A DNA stretch of 64,000 nt. Origin: Nitrospirota bacterium. Its GTDB lineage: Bacteria; Nitrospirota; UBA9217. Position 1 is the stretch's first letter. Every line of letters starts with the position of its first letter. The notes below the pieces were generated by a model. That model searched no databases. It worked only from the letters and a program-made list of their open reading frames with translations, and was not told where the DNA came from. A program made the translations under genes and the position numbers. The stretch covers positions 128,001-192,000 of the forward strand of contig CAVWHO010000010.1 of assembly GCA_963754875.1 (NCBI GenBank). The letters are read 5' to 3'. Positions 31,060 through 42,687 of this stretch are shown one piece after another.

Positions 31060-32220
31060 CACACCTTCGGAAGATGTCTCTGCGGGCTTGAGGGGCGGCC
31101 TCCCTCTTTCTGAGAGACCGACCGTCGCGCAGATCAATTTAGAGGCGTTGTCCCATAATTACGCTGAAGTAGTACGCCGTGCCGAAGGCAGAAACATCCT
31201 TGCTGTGGTGAAGGCAGGTGCTTACGGTCATGGTGCCGTACCGGTTTCCAGGAGACTCCTCAGTCTCGGCGCTGACATGCTCGGTGTTGCCCTGGTCGAA
31301 GAGGCGCGGGAACTTCGCATGGCCGGCATTCATGCACCCATTTTGGTCATGGGGACCGAGTTCCCGGAACAGGCAGAAGCGGTTCGTCGAATTAAAACTT
31401 ACACCGGTGCTCACCTCCCTGTCGTTCGCCCATGCATTATCGGCAGCTGCAGAGACGTTGAAGACGAAGGTCCCGGTCCATATTAAAATTGATACAGGCA
31501 TGGGAAGGATCGGTATTCCTCCTGAGGAGGCGGTTGATTTTATCGTTGCGCTCGGTAGGCTTCCCGGAATCGACGTACAGGGCCTGATGACACATTTTGC
31601 CGACGCTGACCTCCGTGACAAGGAGTATGCATCGAAACAGCTTGATCGCTTTGAATCGCTTATAACAGAACTCTCTGCGCGGGGAATTACGATTCCGTTC
31701 AGGCATGCCGCGAACAGCGCAGCAATTCTCGATTACCACCGCGCGCTCTTTACCATGGTGAGGCCGGGGCTCATGCTCTACGGGTACAATCCGCTCGAAG
31801 CAGGAGTTGAAAAGGCAGACCTTAGGCCGGTGCTGTCGCTGGTCACGCGGATTGCTTTTCTGAAAAAAGTTCCGACCGGCGTTCCGATCAGCTATGGCCG
31901 GACCTTTGTGACGCAGGCGCGAGAGCCTCATTGCCACGCTCCCGATCGGGTACGCAGATGGTTACAGCCGCAGTCTGTCGAATACCGGAGAGGCCATTGT
32001 GCGGGGCGTGCGCGTGCCGGTAGTGGGAAGGGTATGCATGGATATGTGCATGATCGATGTGACGGATGTCCCTGGTATCTAGTGAAGGGGATTCCGTTGT
32101 CTTGATAGGCAGTCAGGCCGGGAGCGGATCACGGCAGATGATATAGCCAAAAAGACAGGATCAATTGCGTACGAGGTGCTCTGTGGTATCAGCAGTCGAG
32201 TCCCGAGGGTTTATCTATAA
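31040..32220 (+). CDS. alr: Alanine racemase (multiple frameshifts)
   Basis: [61 protein letters not shown] and [17 protein letters not shown]. Confidence 0.95.
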
Positions 32221-32224
32221 CATA

Positions 32225-32984
32225 TTGGAAACGCTGGGCCGAAGGACGTCGGCCGTGTTCACCGAGATCGGATCCGTTCTCATTTTTCTCGGGCAGACAC
32301 TTCGCTGGACCTTCAGCTCTCCATTTTATGTCAAAAGCTTGCTGAAACAGATGGAACTGATCGGCGTCAACTCAATTCCTGTTGTGCTTACCACGGCTCT
32401 CTCCACCGGCATGGTGCTTGCGCTCCAGAGCTATACGGGGTTCAAGCGGTTCGGCGCTCAAACGCTCATCGGCACGGTCGTTTCTCTCTCCATGACCAGG
32501 GAACTGGGGCCGGTGCTGACCGGCCTCATGGTTGCCGGCAGGGCAGGTGCCTCGATGGCCGCGGAACTCGGCACGATGCGCGTGACCGAACAGATCGATG
32601 CGTTGTCTACTCTTGCCACGAACCCGATGAAATATCTCGTCGTGCCGAGGTTCGTGGCAAGCACGGTGATGATGTTCTTTCTGACGATTCTGGGCATGAT
32701 CATCGGCATAACGGGCGGCTATTTTGTCGGCGTAAAAGTGCTGGGGACGAACCCGGTCACCTATATCAACAACAGCATCAACTATACCGAGGTGACGGAC
32801 ATCTGGTACGGGCTTGATCAAAGCGCTCGTGTTCGGCGCCGTTATCGGACTCATCGGCTGTTACAAAGGATTCAACACCGAAGGCGGCGCTGAGGGCGTG
32901 GGCAAGGCAACGACCGGCGCCGTCGTGATTTCCTGCATGCTCATCCTGATCCTGGATTATTTCCTGTCTGCACTGTTATGGTGA
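32225..32984 (+). CDS. mlaE: MlaE ABC permease (start uncertain, frameshift near 32810)
   Basis: RELGPVLTGLMVAGRAG, AELGTMRVTEQIDAL, YLVVPR and GGAEGVGKATT. Confidence 0.93.
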
Positions 32985-32988
32985 CGTC

Positions 32989-33746
32989 ATGGCAATGATC
33001 GAGATCATCGATGTGCATAAAAGTTTCGGCGAGCTTCAAGGTGCTCCGCGGCGTGAACCTTACGGTGGAAAAGGGCGAGAGCATGACGGTGATCGGCGGC
33101 AGTGGCAGCGGCAAAGAGCGTGCTGCTGAAACATATCATCGGGCTCCTGTTTCCGGACAAGGGACGGGTTATCGTTGATGGCCAGGTGCTGAACGATCTC
33201 GATGAATTCGGCTTGAACGAGCTGCGAAAGAAATTCGGCATGCTGTTTCAGATGGCGGCGCTTTTCGATTCGCTTACGGTATGGGAGAACGTGGGGTTCT
33301 CCCTCAAACAGCATACAAAAATGTCGGACAGGGAAATTCAGAAAGGTCGCGACAGAGAAGTTGGCGCTCGTAGGGCTCAAGGACGTCGAGGACAAGATGC
33401 CGGTCGGAACTTTCCGGCGGGATGAAGAAAAGGGTAGGGCTTGCGCGGGCCATTGCATGGATGCCGAGATAATCCTCTATGACGAACCTACGACGGGTCT
33501 GGACCCGATTGCGGCCGATTCGATCAACGATCTGATCGTGGATCTTCGAAAGAAACTCGGCGTAACATCGGTTCGCTATCACACACGACATGCATAGCGC
33601 ATACAAGATCTCGGACCGTATCGCCATGCTGTACAAGGGAGAGATCCTGGAGATCGGGACTCCTGATCAGATCAGAGAATACGACGAATCCGATCGTTCA
33701 TCAGTTTATTACCGGGAGCGCAGTGGGGCCGATAACGGCAGAGTGA
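32989..33746 (+). CDS. mlaF: MlaF ABC ATPase (many frameshifts)
   Basis: Pieces across frames: IGGSGSGKSVLLK, FGMLFQMAALFDSLTV, LSGGMKKRVGLARA, ILYDEPTTGLDPI and HDMHSAYKISDRIAML. Confidence 0.9.
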
Positions 33747-33842
33747 TCCGGATCCAGTTGTGGAGTCAAAATCTAGAGCACCTTTTTTCGAAGACAAAAT
33801 GTTCAAGCTGCAATCCGCAATCTGAAAGAAAACGGAGTTCGC

Positions 33843-35255
33843 ATGGCCAAACTGAGCGCAGAAGCAAAGGTGGGTTTGCTGGTTATCGCAGGCGCGGTTA
33901 TCCTGCTGTACATGACCTTTGCCGTCGGCAAGTACCAGTTCGGGGAGAAGAAGGGGTATCTTCTGCAGGCGACTTTTGACTCGGTAGCCGGTCTCGATGT
34001 AAAGTCGGCTGTGCGGATGGCTGGCGTGAAAATCGGAACTGTTGAAAAAGTTGATCTTGAGGACAGCCGCGCTCGGGTGACGATGAGGATAGACGAGGGC
34101 GTTCATATTCCGCGCGGCACCGAAGCCATGATCAAGACCCTCGGCCTGTTAGGTGAGAAATATGTCGAGTTTGTCCCGGTCAAGACCGGAGCACCCGTGC
34201 AGACCTCACCGGGCGAATCTCCCTATTACGGTCCGGGAGAACGGGTACAGGCAACGGTATCACCGAGCGATGTGGACAAACTCATCAACCAGTTATCTGC
34301 AATATCAGACGATGTTAAACAGATCACGGGATCGCTTCGCCAGGTCCTCGGCACCCAGCAGGGTGAGCGCTCCATGGAAGACATGCTCCATGACCTGCGT
34401 GAGACCACAGCGAACATCAAGGACTTCTCATCTACCCTGCGTAGCGATGGCAGTGAACTGGTTATGAGATTGAACGAACTTGTCGCGAGCCTCAACGGCG
34501 TTGTCAATGACAACCGAGATAACCTTAAGGTCACCATGGAAAATGTCAGAGAAGCTTCGAAAAAGGCTGATCTGGCACTTGCTTCCATTGAAAACGCTGC
34601 GCAGAAGATCGACCGCGGTGAAGGCACGATCGGCAAGCTTGTTAACAATGACAGCATGTATAACAATATTGACAATGCCGCGAAAGGACTCACCGACTAT
34701 GTTTCGCGGATCGAGCGCATGAAAACGATCGTCGGGTTTCGGAGTGAGTACATGTTCCCGCAGTCCAAGAGCTACGCCACACTTGAACTCAAGCCGAGGC
34801 CGGACACCTACTATATCTTCGAGCTGACGTCCGATCCCTTCGGCAACTATACGAGGACGGAAACGTCAACAACGCCGCCGGGCGGTACGGTCGTGACCGA
34901 GACCTACGAGGATAAGTTCAAGTTCAGTGTTGAATTCGCGAAACGGTACGGAAATCTTGCTCTTCGTCTCGGCCTCATAGAGTCCACCGGCGGCATCGGC
35001 GCCGACTATTATGCTTTTGACGACCGGTTCAAATTCAGTCTCGATTCCTGGAACTATAACAGCAGGGAGCCTGGCAACGAAAATACTCATCTGAAAGCTA
35101 CGGCAAACTACAGCCTCAATAAGGTGCTCTTCGTGGACGCCGGGTATGACAACTTCCTTAACCCCCAGCGCAAGTCGGCCTTTGTCGGCCTCGGCCTGCG
35201 GTTTGATGATGAAGATCTGAAGTATCTCCTGGGAAGCATTCCGGTACCCAAATAA
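33843..35255 (+). CDS. mlaD: Long MlaD/MCE protein with a helical region and a beta-rich C-terminal domain
   Basis: TM and MCE domain (FDSVAGL...VRMAGVKIGTV, GLLGEKYVE), heptad-like region, GEGTIGKL and amphipathic beta-strand C-terminus. Confidence 0.9.
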   Translation: MAKLSAEAKVGLLVIAGAVILLYMTFAVGKYQFGEKKGYLLQATFDSVAGLDVKSAVRMAGVKIGTVEKVDLEDSRARVTMRIDEGVHIPRGTEAMIKTLGLLGEKYVEFVPVKTGAPVQTSPGESPYYGPGERVQATVSPSDVDKLINQLSAISDDVKQITGSLRQVLGTQQGERSMEDMLHDLRETTANIKDFSSTLRSDGSELVMRLNELVASLNGVVNDNRDNLKVTMENVREASKKADLALASIENAAQKIDRGEGTIGKLVNNDSMYNNIDNAAKGLTDYVSRIERMKTIVGFRSEYMFPQSKSYATLELKPRPDTYYIFELTSDPFGNYTRTETSTTPPGGTVVTETYEDKFKFSVEFAKRYGNLALRLGLIESTGGIGADYYAFDDRFKFSLDSWNYNSREPGNENTHLKATANYSLNKVLFVDAGYDNFLNPQRKSAFVGLGLRFDDEDLKYLLGSIPVPK

Positions 35256-35285
35256 TGAATAAAGTCAGCTCTACCGCGTCTTGCC

Positions 35286-35314
35286 TTGACATTTTCGGGG
35301 CAGTTACATAGAAT
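35286..35314 (+). promoter_or_regulatory. Sigma70 promoter of galU
   Basis: TTGACA-N17-TAGAAT, close to consensus, with a GAGGAG RBS downstream. Confidence 0.75.
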
Positions 35315-35333
35315 ACCGTTGAGGAGAATAATT

Positions 35334-36203
35334 ATGAACAAGTCGATTACGAAAGCGGTTTTTCCCGCAGCTGGCCTGGGGACTCGTTTCTTGCCGGCAA
35401 CAAAGGCATCTCCCAAAGAAATGTTGCCGCTCGTGGACAAACCCCTGATCCAGTATGTTGTTGAAGAAGCCGTATCATCGGGCATCGACCAGGTCGTGGT
35501 TATTACCGGTCGCGGAAAGAGGGCGATTGAAGACCACTTTGACGTTGCTTTCGAACTGGAAGAAGATCTCAAAGCGAAGGGCAAACATAAATTGCTGTCG
35601 GAAGTGCAGCGGATAGCAAACCTCGTGACCTTCTGCTATATTCGCCAGAAAAAAGCGCTGGGACTTGGCCATGCGGTTTTGATGGCGAAACGCATTATCG
35701 GTGACGAACCTTTTGCAGTACTTCTCGGCGACGATATCATCGATGCTGAAGTCCCTGCACTGCAGCAGATGATGGAGGTCTACAAGCGTTATCCGGCCAC
35801 AATCCTTGCCATACAGAAGGTTCCCAAGTCCCAAACGCACCATTACGGCATTATCGACGGGAAAAAGATCGAGGATGGGATTTACCTTGTTCGAGATCTT
35901 GTAGAAAAACCATCGCCCGATAGAGCGCCGTCCAACCTGGCAATCATAGGCCGCTATATTCTTACGCCGGAGGTATTCCGTTCCCTGGAACATACCAAAC
36001 CGGGAAAGGGCGGTGAAATCCAGCTTACCGACGGACTCAAGATTCTAATGGACAAGCAGCCGATTTATGCCTATGAATTTCAGGGAGCACGGCACGACGC
36101 CGGCGATAAGCTTGGCTTTCTCAAGGCCACCGTGGAGTTCGGATTGAAGAATGTGGAGTTCGGCGACGATTTCAGGAGTTATCTTAAAAAGTTGAAGCTA
36201 TAA
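35334..36203 (+). CDS. galU: UTP--glucose-1-phosphate uridylyltransferase
   Basis: KAVFPAAGLGTRFLPATKASPKEMLP, VEKP and GGEIQLTD. Confidence 0.97.
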   Translation: MNKSITKAVFPAAGLGTRFLPATKASPKEMLPLVDKPLIQYVVEEAVSSGIDQVVVITGRGKRAIEDHFDVAFELEEDLKAKGKHKLLSEVQRIANLVTFCYIRQKKALGLGHAVLMAKRIIGDEPFAVLLGDDIIDAEVPALQQMMEVYKRYPATILAIQKVPKSQTHHYGIIDGKKIEDGIYLVRDLVEKPSPDRAPSNLAIIGRYILTPEVFRSLEHTKPGKGGEIQLTDGLKILMDKQPIYAYEFQGARHDAGDKLGFLKATVEFGLKNVEFGDDFRSYLKKLKL

Positions 36204-36262
36204 GAGCAAGTACCTCAGGGTGCTATTTTGTGCAGGGAAGCGTTTAACATGAGGAGGCCAGT

Positions 36263-38674
36263 TTGGCAAAAACCGAGACAAAAAACATAGATCTCCAGCA
36301 ATCCATTGAGATACCCAAGAAGATACCTTTGCTCCCGATCAGAGACATTGTTGTTTTCCCTTATATGGTGCTGCCGCTCTTCGTGGGACGGGAGATGTCC
36401 ATCAAAGCGATTGAAGTTGCGCTTGAGGGGAACCGGATGATCTTCCTGACCTCGCAGAAGGACATCAATGTGGAGAACCCATCGCCGTCAGATCTGTACA
36501 CCGTAGGCACGGTGGGCGTGATCATGCGGATGCTGAAACTTCCTGACGGTCGCATCAAGATCCTTGTCCAGGGGGTGGCCCGGGCAAAAACGGCCAAGTT
36601 CCTCCAGAAAGAACCTTTCTACCAGGTCGAGATCAAGACCTTTCCCGACGTAGCAACGTCGATCAGTCTCGAAACTGAAGCACTCATGCGGAATGTGAAA
36701 GAGCAGATCGAGAAACTGGTTTCTTTCGGAAAGGTCATTCTTCCGGACATCATGGTGGTCATTGAGAATGTGGACGATCCGGGAAAGCTGGCGGACCTGG
36801 CAGTTGCAAATATGGGCCTTAAGGTAGAACAGGCACAGGAACTCCTCGAAATCGCCGACCCCGTTCAGAGAATCAAGCGCATCAATGAGGCACTCGGAAA
36901 AGAGATCGAACTTCTGTCCATGCAGCAGAAGATCCAGGCTGATGTCCGGGGTGAGATCGACAAGACGCAGCGTGAGTACTTCCTGCGCGAGCAGCTCAAG
37001 GCGATCCAGCGAGAATTGGGAGAGACCGATGACCGTTCCGAGGACATCCGCGAACTTCGCGATAAGATAAAAGACGCCAAGATGCCCGAGAAGGCCGCAA
37101 AGGAGACTGAAAAACAGCTCCGCAGGCTGGAACGCATGCATCCGGATGCAGCTGAAGCTTCCATGACGCGAACGTACATCGAATGGCTGGCCGAGATTCC
37201 GTGGAGCAAGGCGACCAAGGACAACCTCGATCTCAAGACTGCCTACAAGGTGCTCGAAGAAGACCACTACGACCTTGAAAAAGTAAAAGAACGCATTCTT
37301 GAATACCTTTCCGTGCGCAAGCTCAAGGAAAAGATGAAGGGGCCGATCCTGTGTTTTGTAGGGCCGCCGGGGGTCGGCAAGACATCACTCGGCAAATCGA
37401 TTGCACGGGCTCTCGGGAGGGAGTTTGTACGCATTTCGCTTGGCGGCGTGCGTGACGAGGCAGAGATCCGCGGCCACCGGCGCACCTACGTCGGTGCGCT
37501 TCCCGGGAGGATCATCCAGGGCATCAAGACAGCGGGCTACAATAACCCTGTGTTCATGCTCGACGAGATCGACAAAATCGGCGCCGACTTCCGTGGAGAT
37601 CCTTCTGCGGCGCTGCTCGAAGTCCTCGATCCGGAGCAGAACAATTCCTTCAGCGATCATTACATTGGACTGCCTTTTGACCTGTCACGAGTGATGTTTA
37701 TTACAACCGCGAACATGACCGACCCGATCCCGGGACCGCTTAAAGACAGAATGGAGATCATCCACCTCTCCGGTTACACGGAGCAGGAGAAGCTCGGCAT
37801 TGCAAAGAGCTACCTGGTTCCCCGGCAGTTGACGGAGCACGGCATAACGGGAAAGAACATCAGCATCCCCGATAAGACCATTCTTGAGGTCATTTCCCAG
37901 TATACCCGCGAGGCGGGTGTCCGGAACCTCGAACGGGAGATCGGACATCTGTGCCGCAAGGTGGCCAGAAAAGTGGCGGAAGGAGAAACAGGCCTGTTCA
38001 CGATCACCCCGCAGAACCTTCATACGTATCTCGGTGTCCCTAAATATCTGCCGGAAGTCGAACGGGACAAGGATGAAGTCGGCGTGGTGACCGGACTGGC
38101 CTGGACGGAAACGGGTGGTGATATCCTGTATATAGAAGCAACGACCATGCGGGGCAAGGGGAATCTCACCCTCACCGGCCATCTCGGCGACGTAATGAAG
38201 GAGTCGGCCCATGCGGCGCTCACCTATGTTCGATCGCGCGCCGGCCTCCTCGGCATCCAGCCGGACGTATTCGGCAAAACGGACGTGCATATCCACGTGC
38301 CGGCCGGCGCTATTCCCAAGGACGGTCCATCAGCCGGCGTTACGATGGCAACCGCCCTCGCATCGGTATTCACGAATGCGCCGGTCAAGAAGGACCTTGC
38401 CATGACCGGTGAGGTGACCCTGAGGGGAAGGGTGCTCCCGATCGGCGGTCTCAAGGAAAAGACCCTCGCTGCCCGCAGGGCCGGGATCAAGACGATGATC
38501 ATTCCGAAGGAGAATGAAAAGGACCTTGATGATATTCCAAAGTATCTCCGGAAGGACATGCATTTCATTCTCGCGACGACCATGGACGATGTTATATCAA
38601 CGGCCCTGAGAAAAAAAGTCGTGCGACGAATTCCGCATAAAAGACTGCCCGGCAGATCAAAGGCCACGCATTGA
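36263..38674 (+). CDS. lon: ATP-dependent protease La
   Basis: 803 aa. [27 protein letters not shown] (catalytic Ser) and IGGLKEK. Confidence 0.98.
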   Translation: MAKTETKNIDLQQSIEIPKKIPLLPIRDIVVFPYMVLPLFVGREMSIKAIEVALEGNRMIFLTSQKDINVENPSPSDLYTVGTVGVIMRMLKLPDGRIKILVQGVARAKTAKFLQKEPFYQVEIKTFPDVATSISLETEALMRNVKEQIEKLVSFGKVILPDIMVVIENVDDPGKLADLAVANMGLKVEQAQELLEIADPVQRIKRINEALGKEIELLSMQQKIQADVRGEIDKTQREYFLREQLKAIQRELGETDDRSEDIRELRDKIKDAKMPEKAAKETEKQLRRLERMHPDAAEASMTRTYIEWLAEIPWSKATKDNLDLKTAYKVLEEDHYDLEKVKERILEYLSVRKLKEKMKGPILCFVGPPGVGKTSLGKSIARALGREFVRISLGGVRDEAEIRGHRRTYVGALPGRIIQGIKTAGYNNPVFMLDEIDKIGADFRGDPSAALLEVLDPEQNNSFSDHYIGLPFDLSRVMFITTANMTDPIPGPLKDRMEIIHLSGYTEQEKLGIAKSYLVPRQLTEHGITGKNISIPDKTILEVISQYTREAGVRNLEREIGHLCRKVARKVAEGETGLFTITPQNLHTYLGVPKYLPEVERDKDEVGVVTGLAWTETGGDILYIEATTMRGKGNLTLTGHLGDVMKESAHAALTYVRSRAGLLGIQPDVFGKTDVHIHVPAGAIPKDGPSAGVTMATALASVFTNAPVKKDLAMTGEVTLRGRVLPIGGLKEKTLAARRAGIKTMIIPKENEKDLDDIPKYLRKDMHFILATTMDDVISTALRKKVVRRIPHKRLPGRSKATH

Positions 38675-38720
38675 GCAACAGGGATTATCGTATAAGAGAC
38701 GAGAGATATCAGAAGAATCG

Positions 38721-39725
38721 ATGAAACTGTCTTCGTTGGGAGAATTCGGGCTGATTGATTCCATACGGAAGTTGTCTGCACGGCAGTCACCCTCTGTGTT
38801 GATCGGCATGGGAGACGATGCCGCAGCGTTAAAGATTGCTCCCGCATCAATTCTGCTTGCAACCACCGACATGCTGCTTGAGGACGTACACTTTGACCTC
38901 TCCTATACGGATTATTATTCTCTCGGTTGGAAAGCAGCGGCGGTTAATCTCAGCGACATCGCAGCAATGGGCGGCATTCCCCGGTTTTGCCTGACCTCGC
39001 TCGGTATCCCACCCTCGGTTCCGGTAGAACAGATAAAGGAGTTTTACCGTGGATTAAACACCGTTCTCCGCAGTCATCGCGCTCTTCTTGTGGGAGGCGA
39101 TACGTGCTTATCCAGGGAGAAACTTATAGTCAATATCGTGGTACTCGGAGAATCCGAGAAACCGAGGATTGTAGCACGGGCCGGCGCCCAACCGGGAGAC
39201 CGAATCTTCGTTACCGGGACATTGGGTGATTCAGCAGCAGGATTGGAGCTGCTCAGAAGCGGCGTCGGATCCAGGGGACGGGGGGCAGGGGAAAAGAAAC
39301 TGATTCAGAGGCATTTACGCCCGGTGCCGCGAGTCGATTGGGGCATGCTGATTGCCCGGTCCAAATGCGCCCATGCCATGATTGACATCAGCGACGGGCT
39401 TTCGTCCGACCTGGCTCATATTTGCGATGAAAGCGGTGTCGGAGCAAAAATATTCGCAGAGAACCTGCCCTATTCGCGGTCTTTGCGTCCCGTAGCGGAC
39501 GCACTCGGGAAAAGTCCGTTGCACTACGCCTTATCGGGCGGAGAGGATTATGAACTCCTCTTTACGGCGCCAAAGAAAAGCAGAATCAAATTGCAGTCAA
39601 TGGGTATTCCTTTGACAGAAATCGGCGAAGTTACAAAGAATCGAAAACTGTTCCTTGTTGACGGTCAGGGCAAAGAAAAGCCGCTTTTACCCGTGGGATA
39701 TGATCACTTTGCACATTCACGGTAA
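38721..39725 (+). CDS. thiL: Thiamine-monophosphate kinase
   Basis: GEFGLI, GDDAA, NLSDIAAMGG, GGDT, DISDGL and GGEDYEL. Confidence 0.96.
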   Translation: MKLSSLGEFGLIDSIRKLSARQSPSVLIGMGDDAAALKIAPASILLATTDMLLEDVHFDLSYTDYYSLGWKAAAVNLSDIAAMGGIPRFCLTSLGIPPSVPVEQIKEFYRGLNTVLRSHRALLVGGDTCLSREKLIVNIVVLGESEKPRIVARAGAQPGDRIFVTGTLGDSAAGLELLRSGVGSRGRGAGEKKLIQRHLRPVPRVDWGMLIARSKCAHAMIDISDGLSSDLAHICDESGVGAKIFAENLPYSRSLRPVADALGKSPLHYALSGGEDYELLFTAPKKSRIKLQSMGIPLTEIGEVTKNRKLFLVDGQGKEKPLLPVGYDHFAHSR

Positions 39726-39750
39726 TGCTGCTGGTCTCACATAATTCACG

Positions 39751-40203
39751 ATGAAAAATTATCGCTATATTCGAGAGCGAGTTCGGGCGCTGCTTGAACT
39801 GAACGACCCTCCTCACAAACTTGCACTTGCCTTTTCGCTCGGGGTGTTTATCGCATTTTCACCGACGGTAGGATTGCACATCGTCAGCTGTTTTCTGCTG
39901 GCCTGGGTGTTCCGCGTCAGCAAGGTCGTCGTCCTGAGCGCGTCGTTCATTAATAATCCTTGGACCGTTGTTCCCCTGTATGGTTTTTGCACTTGGTTTG
40001 GCATAAAAATTACCGGTAATGATGCCCCGGTTCCACATATTGCCTGGAACGAACTCACGATTTCCACTGTGTACGTCACGATGAAACCCTACCTCTGGTC
40101 ATTCATCGTGGGGACCCTTACACTCGGGACCGCTGCTGCACTCCTCTCGTATTTTGGATTTTTCTGGTTGGTTGTTCGCTACCGAAAACTAAAAAATCAA
40201 TAA
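39751..40203 (+). CDS. DUF2062-family membrane protein
   Basis: PHKLALAFSLGVFIAFSP and FINNPWT..PLY. Confidence 0.8.
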   Translation: MKNYRYIRERVRALLELNDPPHKLALAFSLGVFIAFSPTVGLHIVSCFLLAWVFRVSKVVVLSASFINNPWTVVPLYGFCTWFGIKITGNDAPVPHIAWNELTISTVYVTMKPYLWSFIVGTLTLGTAAALLSYFGFFWLVVRYRKLKNQ

Positions 40204-40424
40204 TGAGGGCTCATGCCCGTTCTCTATTCACACGCGACCGCTTTGACCATCCAGGTGCTATCGATGTCCAATGAAGGACCATGACTTCCGTGCGCAGCAA
40301 TAGATTGAAAGTGGTGCGATATTATTTGTTTTTTGGAGAAAATACTTTTCTGCGGTGGAACGCATGTTTAGCATGCCATGCTCCGATGCAGTCTGTGAGA
40401 GCCAAGTGATTTATGAGTAAAATA

Positions 40425-40453
40425 TTGACTGTTCGCAGAGGATAGATTATCAT
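40425..40453 (+). promoter_or_regulatory. Putative sigma70 promoter of the plus-strand glycosylation arm
   Basis: TTGACT-N17-TATCAT. Confidence 0.6.
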
Positions 40454-40496
40454 AACGAATATTCTCAAGCTGCGCTGAAGCAGTGAAGGAGTTTTT

Positions 40497-41527
40497 TTGG
40501 CCGATCCTATCGTTTCCGTTGTTGTCGTAAACTGGAATGGCAAACATCTTCTGGGCGAATGCCTGGATTCGCTGCTTGCCCAACGGGAGGTTAAGGACGT
40601 CGAAATTATCCTCGTTGACAATGGGTCGCGCGACGGGTCAGTAGAGTTTGTTCAGGGACGATATCGAGAACGTTCGCGTGCTCAGCCTGCAGAAAAATAT
40701 CGGTTTTGCAGGAGGCAATAACGCGGGCATTCAGATCGCAACAAGTAAGTACATCGCTCTTTTGAACAATGATACGAAGGCAGATCCTTTCTGGCTGTCA
40801 AGCCTTGTGAAAACAGCGGAAGCTGATAATCATTCTGTCGGGATGTGGGGAGGGAAAATACTTTCCTACAGCAATCCGGACATCATCGATAACGTTGGGC
40901 TCCTCTTGTATCCCGATGGACTGGGACGAGGAAAAGGGCGGTTGGAAAGGGACGAGGGACAGTATGATCGTCCAGGTGAAGCGCTGTTTCCGAGCGGATG
41001 TGCAGGACTCTACCGCAAGGAGATGCTCGACGAGATCGGCCTGTTTGACGAGGATTTCTTTGCTTATGCCGATGACGTCGATATAGGGCTCAGAGCACGG
41101 CTAGCAGGGTGGAGATGCACGTATGTTCCATCGGCAAAAATATTTCACAAGTATTCATCATCATCTTCTGCCTATTCGCCTTTCAAGGCATTCTTAGTCG
41201 AACGGAACAGGATATGGGTACTGCTTAAATATTACCCGTTGGAACTGATAGCCATAAGCCCTTGTTTTACATTCCTGCGACTTCTGGGCCATCTGTACGG
41301 AGCACTCATGGGCAAAGGTGCGAGCGGCGAATTTTCAAAGCAGAATTCCGTGCTGCAAGCACTGTCAATTTTGTTGAAAGCATGGGGATCGGCACTCATG
41401 GCGCTTCCCTTCCATCGTGAAACAGCGCCGGGCAGGCTCCCGGTTGCGCCGCCTTCGCCGGCCTGCTGTCTACAGACTCCTATGCCAGTACCGGTTGTCA
41501 ATCAGAGAAATTGCCCTGAAAGATTAG
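40497..41527 (+). CDS. GT2 glycosyltransferase (frameshifts near 40660 and 41410)
   Basis: VSVVVVNWNG, VDNGSRDGS, NIGFAGGNN, LLNND and GLFDEDFFAYADDVD. Confidence 0.9.
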
Positions 41528-41530
41528 TGT

Positions 41531-42226
41531 ATGAAAATATTGATCATCGTGCCTGCATACAATGAAGAAGAGAGTCTGCCAGGAGTGATTGCCGACCTGA
41601 GAAAGCATGTTCCTTCAGCCGATGTGGTCGTAGTGAATGACGGATCTCGGGATGCTACAGCTCGAATCGCGAAAGACATGGGTGTGAAAGCCTTGGATCT
41701 GCCGTTCAACCTCGGCATCGGCGGGGCTGTCCAGGCGGGATATGTCTATGCTGAACGTCAGGGATACGATACTGCGGTGCAGTTTGATGGCGATGGCCAG
41801 CATGTGGGATTAGAAATCGTTAAACTGCTGCGACCACTGGAAGACGGCATTGCTGATATTGTCATCGGTTCCCGATTCTTAGTTCCCGGGGCCTACAAAG
41901 CCCCCCTATTCAGATCGCTCGGCATCCAGATTTTTTCCTTTACCCTCTCCCGCATTCTCTCTACGGTCGTAACAGACAGTACCTCAGGATTTCGAGCTGC
42001 AAATCGGAGAACAATAGAGTTTTTTGCACGGAGGTACCCTGATGATTATCCGGAAGTCGAATCGCTCGTTCTGGCACACAAGGTAAATCTCAGGATGATT
42101 GAAGTTCCCGTCACGATGCGGGAGCGTACCGCCGGAAAATCATCGATAACGCCTTTGCGTTCAATTTATTATATGACAAAAGTACTCATGGCCATTTTTA
42201 TCGATTTATTAAAAAAAGTGAGGTGA
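41531..42226 (+). CDS. DPM1-like GT2 (polyprenyl-phosphate glycosyltransferase)
   Basis: IVPAYNEE, VVNDGSRD, NLGIGGA, QFDGDGQH, VIGSRF, DSTSGFRA and EVPV.MRER..GKS. Confidence 0.88.
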   Translation: MKILIIVPAYNEEESLPGVIADLRKHVPSADVVVVNDGSRDATARIAKDMGVKALDLPFNLGIGGAVQAGYVYAERQGYDTAVQFDGDGQHVGLEIVKLLRPLEDGIADIVIGSRFLVPGAYKAPLFRSLGIQIFSFTLSRILSTVVTDSTSGFRAANRRTIEFFARRYPDDYPEVESLVLAHKVNLRMIEVPVTMRERTAGKSSITPLRSIYYMTKVLMAIFIDLLKKVR

Positions 42227-42229
42227 CCT

Positions 42230-42616
42230 ATGGACCTTTTGAAAATTCTGGCTATTGTGGGCAGCTGCGCTCTCCTTTTCATAGTGTTTGAGCTTATCAG
42301 GAGGGGCCGGCTCAAAGAACGTTATTCTCTCCTGTGGCTTCTCGCGGGTCTAGTACTTCTCCTCTTGTCCTCATCACGGAATACGCTGGAATTCATATCG
42401 CGACATGTCGGCATCTTCTATCCGCCATCCTTTCTTTTCTTGATTGCTTTTCTTTTCCTTTTGCTCATTACCTTGCATTTTTCCGTGGTGATTTCCGGCT
42501 TGACCGAAAAAAGTAAAAAATTAGCGCAAGAGCTCGCGCTTCTGCGTCAGGAGCTGCAAAATGCGAAGAGAACAGGTCGTGATGATAGTATGAGTGCGTT
42601 GGGAAACGGGAAGTGA
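42230..42616 (+). CDS. DUF2304-family small membrane protein
   Basis: LIRRGRLKERYSLLW, GIFYPP and LAQELALL. Typical partner of a DPM1-like GT2. Confidence 0.85.
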   Translation: MDLLKILAIVGSCALLFIVFELIRRGRLKERYSLLWLLAGLVLLLLSSSRNTLEFISRHVGIFYPPSFLFLIAFLFLLLITLHFSVVISGLTEKSKKLAQELALLRQELQNAKRTGRDDSMSALGNGK

Positions 42617-42634
42617 CGGGAAGGGAAAATGCTC

Positions 42635-42663
42635 TTTACTTTGTCCCATATCCGTGTTACATT
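42635..42663 (+). promoter_or_regulatory. Putative internal sigma70 promoter
   Basis: TTTACT-N17-TACATT with extended TG, with an AAGGAGG RBS downstream. Confidence 0.45.
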
Positions 42664-42687
42664 TCGACAGTTATCCGCTAAGGAGGA

